Positions 28,085 to 36,928 of a stretch of DNA of 64,000 nt are shown here, one piece after another. A program made the translations under genes and the position numbers. Position 1 is the first letter of the stretch, and every line of letters begins with the position of its first letter. This DNA is from a virus. The notes under the pieces are model-generated. The model worked only from the letters and a program-made list of their open reading frames with translations, did no database searches and had not been told where the DNA came from. The DNA lies in the IMG/VR virus record IMGVR_UViG_3300008110_010375. The stretch is one strand, 5' to 3'.

Positions 28085-29155
28085 GTGAACTTGTCTCTCA
28101 TCAATCGACTCATTAAGAACTCAACCATCGACCAATCATCCGTCCTCACGGAAAGTAAGATCTACAACCGTAAGGATATGATCACAACTAGCGTTCCTAT
28201 GGTGAACGTAGCGCTCTCGGGACGCATCGACGGTGGATTGACACCGGGACTCACCATCATGGCGGGTCCATCGAAGCACTTCAAGTCGGCCTTTTCCCTC
28301 CTTATGGCCGGCGCCTACATGAAGCAGTATCCCGAGAGCGTTCTTTTATTCTATGACTCCGAATTTGGTACACCCAAGAGCTACTTCGATGCGTTCAACA
28401 TCGACATGGATCGAGTGGTTCACACACCGATCACGGACATCGAGAAGCTGAAGTTCGACATCGTCAAGCAGCTCGAGGAGATCGGTCGCGACGACAAGGT
28501 GGTCATCGTCATCGACTCGGTCGGCAACCTCGCGTCGAAGAAAGAAACCGACGACGCGCTCGAGGGTAAGTCGGTCGCGGATATGTCGCGCGCGAAAGCT
28601 CTCAAGTCTTTGTTCCGCATGGTGACGCCGCACTTGACGCTCAAAGATATTCCCTTGATCGTGGTCAATCACACGTACAAGGAGATGGCGATGTACCCGC
28701 GCGACATCGTCTCCGGCGGCACCGGCATCTACTACTCAGCCGACACGATCTGGATCCTTGGTCGTCAGCAGGAGAAAGACGGCAAGGACATCACCGGCTA
28801 CAACTTCGTCATCAACGTTGAGAAGTCTCGCTACGTCAAGGAGAAGTCAAAGATCCCGATCACAGTGTCCTACGAGGGCGGCATCAAGAAGTGGTCGGGC
28901 TTGCTCGACTTGGCGCTTGAGGGTGGATACATCGCGAAGCCTACCGCACAGTCCTATCAGTTCGTCGATCGCTCGACTGGTGAGCTCACCGGTCCGAAGT
29001 TCAAAGCCTCAGAGATCGAGGACAACGGCGACGCTTGGAAGACCCTGCTCTCGACGACGGACTTCGCCGAATGGATCAAGAAGAAGTACACAATCGCAAC
29101 CGGCTCACTCGTCAATCACGACGACGAACCACTGATCGAGGACGACGATGACTGA
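28085..29155 (+). CDS. uvsX: RecA-like recombinase UvsX
   Basis: AGPSKHFKS, YDSEFG, IDSVGNLAS, SGGTG. Confidence 0.95.
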   Translation: MNLSLINRLIKNSTIDQSSVLTESKIYNRKDMITTSVPMVNVALSGRIDGGLTPGLTIMAGPSKHFKSAFSLLMAGAYMKQYPESVLLFYDSEFGTPKSYFDAFNIDMDRVVHTPITDIEKLKFDIVKQLEEIGRDDKVVIVIDSVGNLASKKETDDALEGKSVADMSRAKALKSLFRMVTPHLTLKDIPLIVVNHTYKEMAMYPRDIVSGGTGIYYSADTIWILGRQQEKDGKDITGYNFVINVEKSRYVKEKSKIPITVSYEGGIKKWSGLLDLALEGGYIAKPTAQSYQFVDRSTGELTGPKFKASEIEDNGDAWKTLLSTTDFAEWIKKKYTIATGSLVNHDDEPLIEDDDD

Positions 29156-29348
29156 AGCTAACTACCCGCATGTTGAGAGGCGCATCGAGCGCTTAATGCT
29201 TCCGGTAGAAACTCAGATAATGATGTGCGACGACCAGAACGACTTGCTTCTTCTGGCCGTCGGTATGCTCCGCAAAGCCATCTTAATCTTTGACAACCAG
29301 TACAACGTCGACGGTAGGAAAGCAGTCATAGAAAGCTTCAACAAATGA
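29148..29348 (+). CDS. Hypothetical protein
   Basis: Coupled ORF between uvsX and gp41. Confidence 0.55.
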   Translation: MTEANYPHVERRIERLMLPVETQIMMCDDQNDLLLLAVGMLRKAILIFDNQYNVDGRKAVIESFNK

Positions 29349-29737
29349 ACAGTAAAGAGTTGTTTTCACTTGAAGACCTGCTGCCTGAAGTTTCCAATGA
29401 GCACAAGCTCGCCGTAACTCAGTGGGTCTTCAAACATGTTGTCGAACAAGCGAGAGAGGGCGGGTCTTATCGCTACTTGATCTATGATCGCCTTGGATTC
29501 GGGCCTGAAGCTTACGTCCCCCTGTGCAACGATGGGTTGACAATATCCAACGAGTTTGATATATCTCAGATGGATGAGATCAAAAAGATCGTTCGCGAGC
29601 ATGAGTACTCAGCACTCAAGCATATCCTCGGGATGTGTGACGAGCACGACTGCTACAAGGACGCGAGCTGCGGATGGCCGACCGATGAAGGCTACCGCCG
29701 CACATGCCACGCACACATGAAAGTTGATAATGATTGA
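29345..29737 (+). CDS. Hypothetical protein with Cys/His-rich C-terminus
   Basis: GGSYRYLIYDRLGF; C-terminal Cys/His cluster. Confidence 0.55.
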   Translation: MNSKELFSLEDLLPEVSNEHKLAVTQWVFKHVVEQAREGGSYRYLIYDRLGFGPEAYVPLCNDGLTISNEFDISQMDEIKKIVREHEYSALKHILGMCDEHDCYKDASCGWPTDEGYRRTCHAHMKVDND

Positions 29738-31109
29738 GCAGACTATACTCTCTCACCTGATATACAATGAGTCGTACGCGAGGAAGACGCTTCCCTTTCT
29801 CAAGGACGAGTACTTCCACAACTTGGCCGATAAGACCGTCTATCGCCTGATCGACGACTATGTCAAGAAGTACAACAGCACACCTACTAAAGAGGTGCTG
29901 ATGATCGAGCTCAACAACCGCGACGGTATGACTGAGAACTCGTTCAAGGAGTCGAAGCGACTCATCGAGGACCTGCAGGTCGACAACACCGAGCTCAAGT
30001 GGCTGCTCGACTCGACCGAGAAGTTCTGTCAAGAGAAGGCTATCTACAATGCTATCATGGCTTCGATCAAGATCATCGACGACAAGTCTGGAGCGAGCTC
30101 TACTGGAGCTATACCCACTCTCCTATCAGATGCCCTTGGCGTCAGCTTTGACGTTAGCATTGGCCACGACTACTTTCTTAACGCTGACGATCGATACGAT
30201 TTCTATCATCGCAGGGAAGAGCATATACCATTCGACCTCGAGTACTTCAATAAGATCACTAAGGGCGGACTTGTTAGAAAGACTCTTAACATTGCCTTGG
30301 CCGGCACGGGCGTGGGCAAGTCTCTTTTCATGTGCCATTGTGCTTCTCATAATCTGACGCAGGGTAAGAACGTACTCTACATCACGATGGAGATGGCCGA
30401 GGAGAAGATCGCCGAGCGCATCGACGCGAACCTGCTCAACGTCACGGTCGACGAGCTCGCGACTCTACCTAAAGACGCCTACGACAAGAAGATCGCACGG
30501 GTGAAGGAGAAGACAGTCGGTAAGTTGATCATCAAGGAGTATCCCACCGCTTCAGCGGGCTCGGCGAACTTCAGACACCTTCTCAACGAGCTTCGCATCA
30601 AGCGAAACTTCGTGCCCGACATCATCTACATCGACTACCTTAACATCTGCTCGTCGAGTCGCATCAAGGCCGGCGCCAACGTAAACTCGTACACATACAT
30701 CAAGGCGATCGCCGAGGAGCTTCGCGGCCTCGCCGTTGAGTTCAACGTTCCAGTGGTCTCCGCCACTCAAACCACTCGAGGCGGCTACGGGAATTCCGAC
30801 GTCGAGCTGACCGATACCTCTGAGTCTTTCGGTCTGCCGGCAACCGCCGACTTGATGTTCGCCCTGATCTCCACCGAGGAGATGGAAGACTTATCGCAGC
30901 TGATGGTCAAGCAGCTCAAGAATCGCTACAACGATCCGACGATTCACCGACGCTTCGTGGTTGGGATCGACCGAGCCAAGATGCGTCTCTACAACACCGA
31001 AGACTCAGCTCAGGACGGGATCATGGACGACACACCGGTATTCAACAAGACCACGTTCGGTGCCGCCGACGAGGATCGCAAGCGCAGGCTCAAGGAGTTC
31101 ATCACATGA
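29730..31109 (+). CDS. 41: Replicative helicase gp41
   Basis: AGTGVGKS, IDYLN, SATQ, SESFGLPATAD, QLKNRY. Confidence 0.96.
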   Translation: MIEQTILSHLIYNESYARKTLPFLKDEYFHNLADKTVYRLIDDYVKKYNSTPTKEVLMIELNNRDGMTENSFKESKRLIEDLQVDNTELKWLLDSTEKFCQEKAIYNAIMASIKIIDDKSGASSTGAIPTLLSDALGVSFDVSIGHDYFLNADDRYDFYHRREEHIPFDLEYFNKITKGGLVRKTLNIALAGTGVGKSLFMCHCASHNLTQGKNVLYITMEMAEEKIAERIDANLLNVTVDELATLPKDAYDKKIARVKEKTVGKLIIKEYPTASAGSANFRHLLNELRIKRNFVPDIIYIDYLNICSSSRIKAGANVNSYTYIKAIAEELRGLAVEFNVPVVSATQTTRGGYGNSDVELTDTSESFGLPATADLMFALISTEEMEDLSQLMVKQLKNRYNDPTIHRRFVVGIDRAKMRLYNTEDSAQDGIMDDTPVFNKTTFGAADEDRKRRLKEFIT

Positions 31110-31351
31110 TCGTCGACAACGATAACGACGACTACGCAGAAGTGGTAGCCGACTACATCATGACCTACTTGGTCCAGCAGCAGGCCGCCGGAAGAACCGT
31201 AGTGTACGAGTCTGAGATCTTCAAGCTTCTCGGATCAGAGATTCCCGAGGGCAAAGAGGATCGAGCTTTCGTGTTGAAAGAATACACTCAAGTCAAAGTC
31301 TCAGACAACGTCGTGTCGATGCAGGAATATAAATCTAGAATAAAAAATTAG
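31106..31351 (+). CDS. Hypothetical protein
   Basis: AAGGAG RBS, ATGA overlap. Confidence 0.55.
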   Translation: MIVDNDNDDYAEVVADYIMTYLVQQQAAGRTVVYESEIFKLLGSEIPEGKEDRAFVLKEYTQVKVSDNVVSMQEYKSRIKN

Positions 31352-31380
31352 TTGACATTTACTTCTACGTGATATATAAA
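31352..31380 (+). promoter_or_regulatory. Sigma70-type promoter
   Basis: TTGACA-17-TATAAA, followed by an ORF-free structured region. Confidence 0.65.
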
Positions 31381-31385
31381 AGATA

Positions 31386-31501
31386 AAGCAGACCCACACG
31401 GGCCTCATGCTCGTTATACTCTGCTTCCGCTGTAGACGAAACGTGGGATGGGCTGTCTATACGGGGTTTGGTGGTTTTCCTGACACAAGAAAAACCACCG
31501 C
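31386..31501 (+). ncRNA. Putative structured non-coding RNA
   Basis: Own promoter, several complementary segments, 3' hairpin GGTGGTTTT/AAAACCACC. Confidence 0.45.
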
Positions 31502-31519
31502 TTCTCAGAAAAAAAGTTG

Positions 31520-31548
31520 TTGACAATTTTTTTCTACTGAGTTATTAT
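31520..31548 (+). promoter_or_regulatory. Sigma70-type promoter
   Basis: TTGACA-17-TATTAT. Confidence 0.65.
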
Positions 31549-31588
31549 TTGAAAGTGGGACTCAGTCCTTTTTAACATGGAGTATATT

Positions 31589-31840
31589 ATGACTAGCACT
31601 GAACGAGTACTTGACGCATTGTACAACGGTGAGGAGCTCACCGCCAAGCAGATTAAGTCGCGCTACGGCGTGGCCAATCCGACGGCCATGATCACGCACC
31701 TCCGCAAGGAAGGTCACGCGATCTACTTGAACAATCGCAAGACCGCTCTCGGCACGACCGCGAAGTATCGCGTCGGTACACCCAGCCGCCGCGTGGTTGC
31801 AGCCGGCTACGCCGTTCTCGGCGCTGAAGCGTTTGCTTGA
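31589..31840 (+). CDS. Winged helix-turn-helix protein
   Basis: VLDAL..GEELTAKQI..RYGVANP...I..LRKEG. Confidence 0.7.
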   Translation: MTSTERVLDALYNGEELTAKQIKSRYGVANPTAMITHLRKEGHAIYLNNRKTALGTTAKYRVGTPSRRVVAAGYAVLGAEAFA

Positions 31841-31861
31841 TATATAGTTAGCCTAAACATT

Positions 31862-31884
31862 GAGGGGGCTTCGGCCCCCTCTTT
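31862..31884 (+). terminator. Terminator with UUCG loop
   Basis: GAGGGGGC-TTCG-GCCCCCTC-TTT. Confidence 0.85.
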
Positions 31885-31889
31885 AGTAT

Positions 31890-31964
31890 TTCGGAGTAGC
31901 ACAGCGGTAGTGCATTCGACTGTTAATCGAAGGGTCGCTGGTTCGAATCCAGCCTCCGGAGCCA
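31890..31964 (+). tRNA. tRNA-Asn(GTT)
   Basis: Cloverleaf, CT-GTT-AA loop, GGTTCGAATCC, CCA. Confidence 0.92.
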
Positions 31965-31965
31965 T

Positions 31966-32042
31966 CTGCCTGTAGCGCAGTCTGGTAGCGTACTTGATTT
32001 GGAGTCAAGGGGTCGTAGGTTCAAATCCTACTAGGCAGACCA
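31966..32042 (+). tRNA. tRNA-Pro(TGG)
   Basis: CTGCCTG/TAGGCAG acceptor, TT-TGG-AG loop, CCA. Confidence 0.92.
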
Positions 32043-32043
32043 T

Positions 32044-32102
32044 CGGGAGGGCGTGCTGGAAACAATCGCCGTAATTGAGGTTCAATCCTCAACTCCCGCC
32101 CA
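32044..32102 (+). pseudogene. D-arm-less tRNA-like element (GGA, Ser-like loop)
   Basis: CGGGAG/CTCCCG stem, CT-GGA-AA loop, TGAGG-TTCAAT-CCTCA T arm, CCA. Confidence 0.55.
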
Positions 32103-32118
32103 GTTTTAAGGAATCGAT

Positions 32119-32367
32119 ATGTTTGAGTGGTTCGTAGCTTTCTTTGGTATGTTCTCGGTCGATATCTTGCACGCGATCTACATCAAGAGTGTGCAGAACG
32201 ACAGACCAATCATAGCTTCCGGCTACGCGGCGGTCATATATGTTGCGGCGAGCTGGGTCACCATCAGCTACGTTGGAGACGCATGGATATTGATTCCGGC
32301 TACGTTGGGAGCCGCGGCAGGTACGTACGGCGGCGTCTTAATAAATAAAAAGTTTAAGTCGGTGTAG
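32119..32367 (+). CDS. Small membrane protein
   Basis: Three hydrophobic segments; AAGGA RBS. Confidence 0.6.
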   Translation: MFEWFVAFFGMFSVDILHAIYIKSVQNDRPIIASGYAAVIYVAASWVTISYVGDAWILIPATLGAAAGTYGGVLINKKFKSV

Positions 32368-32431
32368 TGTAACGGTAGCACAACGGCCTCCAACTCCGTT
32401 AGTCAGGGTTCAAATCCTTGCACCTTCGCCA
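32358..32431 (+). tRNA. tRNA-Trp(CCA), degenerate acceptor stem
   Basis: CT-CCA-AC loop, GGTTCAAATCC, GCCA; two acceptor mismatches (GTCGGTG/CACCTTC). Confidence 0.65.
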
Positions 32432-32446
32432 ATCTTAGGGGTACAG

Positions 32447-32647
32447 ATGAAAGACTTACAGGAATTTGATAAGTACATCGGCAGGAAGTACTCGGAAGTT
32501 ATGTTTGAGCTTAAAGACCTTGCGAAGGGTAAGTTTGTGTTCTCATGGCCCGATGGAACGCCGGTAGTATCTCGCGACGGCGACACAGTCTTAGTAATCA
32601 TCAACAACTCAGTCGACGGTGTAATTGTCAGGTTTGAAAACGGCTGA
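32447..32647 (+). CDS. Hypothetical protein
   Basis: ORF within tRNA cluster. Confidence 0.5.
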   Translation: MKDLQEFDKYIGRKYSEVMFELKDLAKGKFVFSWPDGTPVVSRDGDTVLVIINNSVDGVIVRFENG

Positions 32648-32656
32648 TAAGAATTC

Positions 32657-32704
32657 GGTAGGCAGTACTGTTGGTCAGGGGTTCAATTCCCCTTGCCCGC
32701 TCCA
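32657..32704 (+). pseudogene. tRNA 3'-half remnant
   Basis: AGGGG-TTCAATT-CCCCT T arm followed by GCCCGCTCCA; no matching 5' half. Confidence 0.45.
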
Positions 32705-32737
32705 AAAAGAAAGGGAGGGTTTTTGCCCTCCCTTTTT
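32705..32737. terminator. Bidirectional terminator
   Basis: AAAGGGAGGG-TTTTTG-CCCTCCCTTTTT between convergent genes. Confidence 0.85.
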
Positions 32738-32741
32738 ATCA

Positions 32742-34703
32742 TCAAAACTTAATCACAAGTCCGGCCATGATGTATGAGTTACCGTAGTTGGTACCCTGAT
32801 CGTATCCTGCCGAGACGTTGAAGTATACGTTGTTGGTGATCTTCTTCTTGACGATCACCTTGGCCCCGGTCACTTGACCGTATTGAGCGGTCTGCATAGT
32901 CTTCACCTCGATCGTGACGTCTTCACCGATCGTCTTCCTAGCGCCTACGTATGGATTGACGTAGGACTTAGATCCGGTCTCAGGTGGATTCGACAAGAGC
33001 GAACTTCCGCTTTCATTGACCGAGTCGATAGTGCTTGTGATGAAAGTCGAACCGATGAACGGTTGAACGCCGAGTATCTCATTGGTCGAATAAAGAGCGA
33101 TGTCACCGTAGTACAGAGACTGCTTGGCTTTGGAGCTGTTCTCCAAGTTCAAGGAAGATATAAACACGCGGCTGTTGTACTCCATCATCGAGTAGCCGAT
33201 CGTACCCTTCACCGTCACGGGATCCATGTTGGTTACCACGTAGACGCTGCCGGCATACTTATTGCCGCTCATAAGAGAGTTGTTGTAGTTGCCGCTCTCC
33301 AATCCACCGGCCTGACCGGCGAACCCAAGGATGTTACCCTCGCCAGACATCTGGTGACCGAAGCTCAACGCCTTGGTCGTGAGGGATCCTGAGGTGCTGC
33401 TCGTGACGAAGGTCGGAGCCGCCCATGATCCGTTCGGGGTATTGAATGGGTCGATCATGAATGGGTTGACTATCGCCGCGTCTATCATATCCTGCATACC
33501 GGCCACTGAAGCCGAATCGCTGGAAGTGGTGACGTTGGTCGTGACTTGGTTTGAGAACGAAGTCGTGGTGACCACAGTGTTGGTGACCGATGAAGTCGTG
33601 GTCGCCGTTCCGGCCGCAGTGGTCGTGGTGCCATTGCTCCACGTAGTCACGGTGTTAGGTGTAGTCGTGGTGTTGGTAGTCACCGGTGTCGTCGCCGTGG
33701 TGACTGTGGTGACCGGAGTAGTGGTGGTTGTCGTCGTTGTCCTATTGACGATGACCGTGTTGCCCTCACGTGTAGCTGCGTCTGAGTCAGACGATGTTAC
33801 CACCGGAGTACCGTAGGTGTTCACCGAAGTCGTGACGGTAGCACCTGTCGTTGAAGTTGAAGTGACGGTTGGTGTTCCCGGTGCCGTGCTTACGACTGTA
33901 GGCGATCCACCGCCGCTCGGTGCAACACCGCCGTTGTTTACGGTTGCGAGGATCGTTGTAGATGTCAAAGTGGAGGTGTAACCGCCCGCTTGTCCGGTCG
34001 TGGTACCACCAGTCGCGCTGTATCCGCCGCCGCTCATGTTCGCCGTGACGCCTGAAGCGTTGGTGACGCACGCAGCTGATCCACTGACGGTACCGCAGAC
34101 GCCTGAATAGTTGGTGCTTGAGGCCCAGCCCTGCGCCTGAACGCCGTTAGGGTCAACGCCGAACTCAGGGTTGTAGAGGATGTTTGCGGTACCGCCGTTG
34201 AACGTCAAAGTAGGCATCTGCCACTGTGGACCGTAGTTGCCGGCCCACCACGAACTGTCTGTACCTATGAGTGTTACTTTAACGTAAGCAGTCTGTGCTG
34301 CATCCGATGCTGAAAGAGTATAAGTATGTGTTATAGTAGTCCATGGCTCGGAGTTGTCTCCAGGAGCAGAAGACCATGAATTCATCTGTAGAAGATTGTT
34401 TGAATAAGTGCTTTGCGTCGACGTAATCAAAACACCAGATGAGTTATAGAACTCAAGCTTCACGTTACCGGTGTCGTGCTGCAGGTTGCGGCCGCCGCCG
34501 GCGTGGGCGTTGACGGAGAAGTCGAAGGTTCCGCCGGCCTGCATATTTGAGTCGAACACGATGTTCTGGCTAATAGTTGAATTAGCCTGATAGCTCATGT
34601 TGACGGTGTTGTAGTTGGAACCTGAATTGAACTGCGCGAAAGCTGAGGGCGCAAAAAGCATCGTCGCGGCCAAGACGACCAGCGCGTAGAATTTCTTAAA
34701 CAT
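32742..34703 (-). CDS. Autotransporter-like secreted protein
   Basis: Signal peptide ending AFA, Trp-containing beta domain, Thr-rich stalk, amphipathic C-terminal strands ending in F. Confidence 0.65.
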   Translation of the reverse strand: MFKKFYALVVLAATMLFAPSAFAQFNSGSNYNTVNMSYQANSTISQNIVFDSNMQAGGTFDFSVNAHAGGGRNLQHDTGNVKLEFYNSSGVLITSTQSTYSNNLLQMNSWSSAPGDNSEPWTTITHTYTLSASDAAQTAYVKVTLIGTDSSWWAGNYGPQWQMPTLTFNGGTANILYNPEFGVDPNGVQAQGWASSTNYSGVCGTVSGSAACVTNASGVTANMSGGGYSATGGTTTGQAGGYTSTLTSTTILATVNNGGVAPSGGGSPTVVSTAPGTPTVTSTSTTGATVTTSVNTYGTPVVTSSDSDAATREGNTVIVNRTTTTTTTTPVTTVTTATTPVTTNTTTTPNTVTTWSNGTTTTAAGTATTTSSVTNTVVTTTSFSNQVTTNVTTSSDSASVAGMQDMIDAAIVNPFMIDPFNTPNGSWAAPTFVTSSTSGSLTTKALSFGHQMSGEGNILGFAGQAGGLESGNYNNSLMSGNKYAGSVYVVTNMDPVTVKGTIGYSMMEYNSRVFISSLNLENSSKAKQSLYYGDIALYSTNEILGVQPFIGSTFITSTIDSVNESGSSLLSNPPETGSKSYVNPYVGARKTIGEDVTIEVKTMQTAQYGQVTGAKVIVKKKITNNVYFNVSAGYDQGTNYGNSYIMAGLVIKF

Positions 34704-34788
34704 GTCTATTTCCTCATTGGTTGGATGACGAGTCACTCAATCAATGCAGCATAGGCATGAAAAAGATGTTGTAAATAATAGTATACAC

Positions 34789-34796
34789 TATTTATA
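34789..34796 (-). promoter_or_regulatory. T4-type late promoter
   Basis: TATAAATA on the minus strand upstream of the autotransporter-like gene. Confidence 0.6.
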
Positions 34797-34809
34797 GTAA
34801 AGGGTTAAT

Positions 34810-35463
34810 ATGGCCTTTATAAACGCAAACGTTCCACCGATCGAGTGTTACGTACGCTCAAACTTCTTGCAAAATAGGCCGCATAAATTTGAGTCGACCG
34901 ACACCTATCTTCCGGCAGTTATAGTCGCGGTGTCATCCATCCCGCATCGAATACCATTATTCAACTTCATCATGGAAGACGGCGGCGTCTGGTGGCGTAT
35001 GCCAATTCACGCTTTCTGCTCACGACCTGACGTCGAGCAGCAGGAAGCACACAACCTCGTCTTGTGGGACAGCTTCTCCTATCACATATCCGTTAGTCGC
35101 ATCGACTTCTTTAAGGAGAAGCGTATGTGCTACACGGATAGGTATAAGAATCAAGTGTTCGGTAAGTATCTATTCACCCTTGACTGGGCGAACGAGGACT
35201 CCAACGTCATCGACGTTGGTTTCTCTGAGATTCCGGGACAACACAAGTGCGGTCATGTGATTCAGCTCGACAATGGCAACTACGCCATACAACCTAACAA
35301 CAGGGTTAAACTTTTTGAGCCGTCTTTTGTTACTAAGTGGGGACAGAATATAATCGAGCGAAAGTTAGGAACTGAGTACTTCAGCGTAGAGAATCAGCCT
35401 CGTTGGCTTCTTTCTGATGATGACAGGTTTGAGTATGATATGAAGGACACTTTAAAGAAATAA
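34810..35463 (+). CDS. Conserved phage hypothetical protein
   Basis: ANVPPIECYVR, YLFTLDW, HKCGH, QPNNR. Confidence 0.65.
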   Translation: MAFINANVPPIECYVRSNFLQNRPHKFESTDTYLPAVIVAVSSIPHRIPLFNFIMEDGGVWWRMPIHAFCSRPDVEQQEAHNLVLWDSFSYHISVSRIDFFKEKRMCYTDRYKNQVFGKYLFTLDWANEDSNVIDVGFSEIPGQHKCGHVIQLDNGNYAIQPNNRVKLFEPSFVTKWGQNIIERKLGTEYFSVENQPRWLLSDDDRFEYDMKDTLKK

Positions 35464-35476
35464 TTGGAGATTTGAT

Positions 35477-35884
35477 ATGAAGATAGGATTCACCTGCTCA
35501 ACTTTTGATTTGCTGCACTCCGGCCACATCCTCATGTTGAAGGAGTGCGCCTTGAACTGTGACTACCTGATAGTAGGCCTTCAGTCCGATCCGACACTTG
35601 ATCGACCCGACACAAAGAACAAGCCGGCGCAGGGAATGTACGAGCGCTGGACTCAGCTCAAGGGCTGCAGGTACGTTGATGAGATAATCCCCTACTCGAC
35701 TGAGGAAGACCTGATGAACCTCCTCGCGAGCCAGAAGATCGACGTCAGGTTCGTCGGCGAAGACTACATGGATAAGGACTTCACGGGAAAGCAGTGGTGC
35801 ATCGACAATAATGTCACACTGTTCTACAATAGTCGAAAACACAGCTACTCCACAACAAATTTACGTAGAAAGATGGCTCTATAG
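35477..35884 (+). CDS. TagD-like cytidylyltransferase
   Basis: FDLLHSGH, LIVGLQSDP, VDEI, YSTT. Confidence 0.88.
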   Translation: MKIGFTCSTFDLLHSGHILMLKECALNCDYLIVGLQSDPTLDRPDTKNKPAQGMYERWTQLKGCRYVDEIIPYSTEEDLMNLLASQKIDVRFVGEDYMDKDFTGKQWCIDNNVTLFYNSRKHSYSTTNLRRKMAL

Positions 35885-35889
35885 CCGTT

Positions 35890-35907
35890 TTGTCATCCTA
35901 CTGTAAT
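35890..35907 (+). promoter_or_regulatory. Pho box
   Basis: TTGTCAT-CCTA-CTGTAAT, 11-bp periodicity, upstream of pstS. Confidence 0.75.
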
Positions 35908-35960
35908 ATAAGCGAAATATATACGGATGCAGCAATAGGGCTGCGCATGAGGAACTACGT

Positions 35961-36833
35961 ATGTTAAAGAAAATTGCAGCGATCGCGATCGCAACATTGA
36001 TGTCAACACAAGTCTACGCCGGTGAAGCCACCGGTGCCGGATCATCATTCTTCTTCCCCCTCGCTTCTAAGTGGGCGAACGACTATAGCAAGAAGACTGG
36101 AAACAGGATAAACTACCAGAGCGTGGGTAGCAGCGCCGGCGTGAAGCAGCTCGACAACAAGACCGTCGTGTTCGCAGCGACCGACGTTCCTATGAAGCCG
36201 GAAGATCTCGACAAAAAGAATCAGGTTCAGTTCCCGATGGTAGGTGGTGAGATCGTCATCGCGGTCAACGTTGCCGGAGTCGATAAGATCAACCTCAGCG
36301 TCGACGTTATCGCGAAGATCTACGCAGATAAGATTAAGAAGTGGAACGATAAGGAGATCGCCGATCTAAACCCAAGCGCGAAGCTCCCCGATCTTCCGAT
36401 CATCAAGGTTCGCAGGAGCGATGGATCAGGCACTACTTGGAACTTCACCAAGTTCCTCGCGGATTCAAACGAATCTTGGAAGAAGGAAGTCGGCTTCGGA
36501 TCGACCGTTGAGTGGCCGGGAAACACAGTCGGCGCGAAGGGCAACGACGGTGTAGCTTCAAACGTGCAGCAGACCAACGGCACCATCGGATACGTAGAAC
36601 TATCGTACGCGAAGCAGAACAAGCTTACCGTAGCTGCCATCCCAACGTCGATAGTGGCGACCGTATACGCGGTGATGTATAAAACAAACGACGATCCCGC
36701 TGCAGCTAAGCAGGCGATCGACTTCTTCAGCTTCTGTCTGGCTTCAGACCAGCAGGCTTTGGATCTGGACTATAAGCCACTGAGCCCTGAGAAGAAGGCT
36801 GAGGTCTCGAAGGTCGTTTCTCAGATAAAGTAA
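35961..36833 (+). CDS. pstS: Phosphate-binding protein PstS (shortened)
   Basis: GAGSSF, YQSVGSSAG, RRSDGSGTT, KGNDGV, IGYVE. Confidence 0.93.
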   Translation: MLKKIAAIAIATLMSTQVYAGEATGAGSSFFFPLASKWANDYSKKTGNRINYQSVGSSAGVKQLDNKTVVFAATDVPMKPEDLDKKNQVQFPMVGGEIVIAVNVAGVDKINLSVDVIAKIYADKIKKWNDKEIADLNPSAKLPDLPIIKVRRSDGSGTTWNFTKFLADSNESWKKEVGFGSTVEWPGNTVGAKGNDGVASNVQQTNGTIGYVELSYAKQNKLTVAAIPTSIVATVYAVMYKTNDDPAAAKQAIDFFSFCLASDQQALDLDYKPLSPEKKAEVSKVVSQIK

Positions 36834-36885
36834 GGTGTCAGAAAAACCGTTATTTTTCAATGGGTTAGCCCTAGGAAAATAACGG

Positions 36886-36928
36886 TTGACATTTCTCCAA
36901 GATTGTTGTAATATCTAGATAATGGCAA
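36886..36928 (+). promoter_or_regulatory. Early promoter
   Basis: TTGACA-17-TAATAT-CTAGATAATGGCAA; IHF-like site at 36855. Confidence 0.8.

Noticed and set aside
33540-33900. Tandem DNA repeat in the Thr-rich region
   Set aside because: Low-complexity Thr/Val codons with no fixed repeat unit
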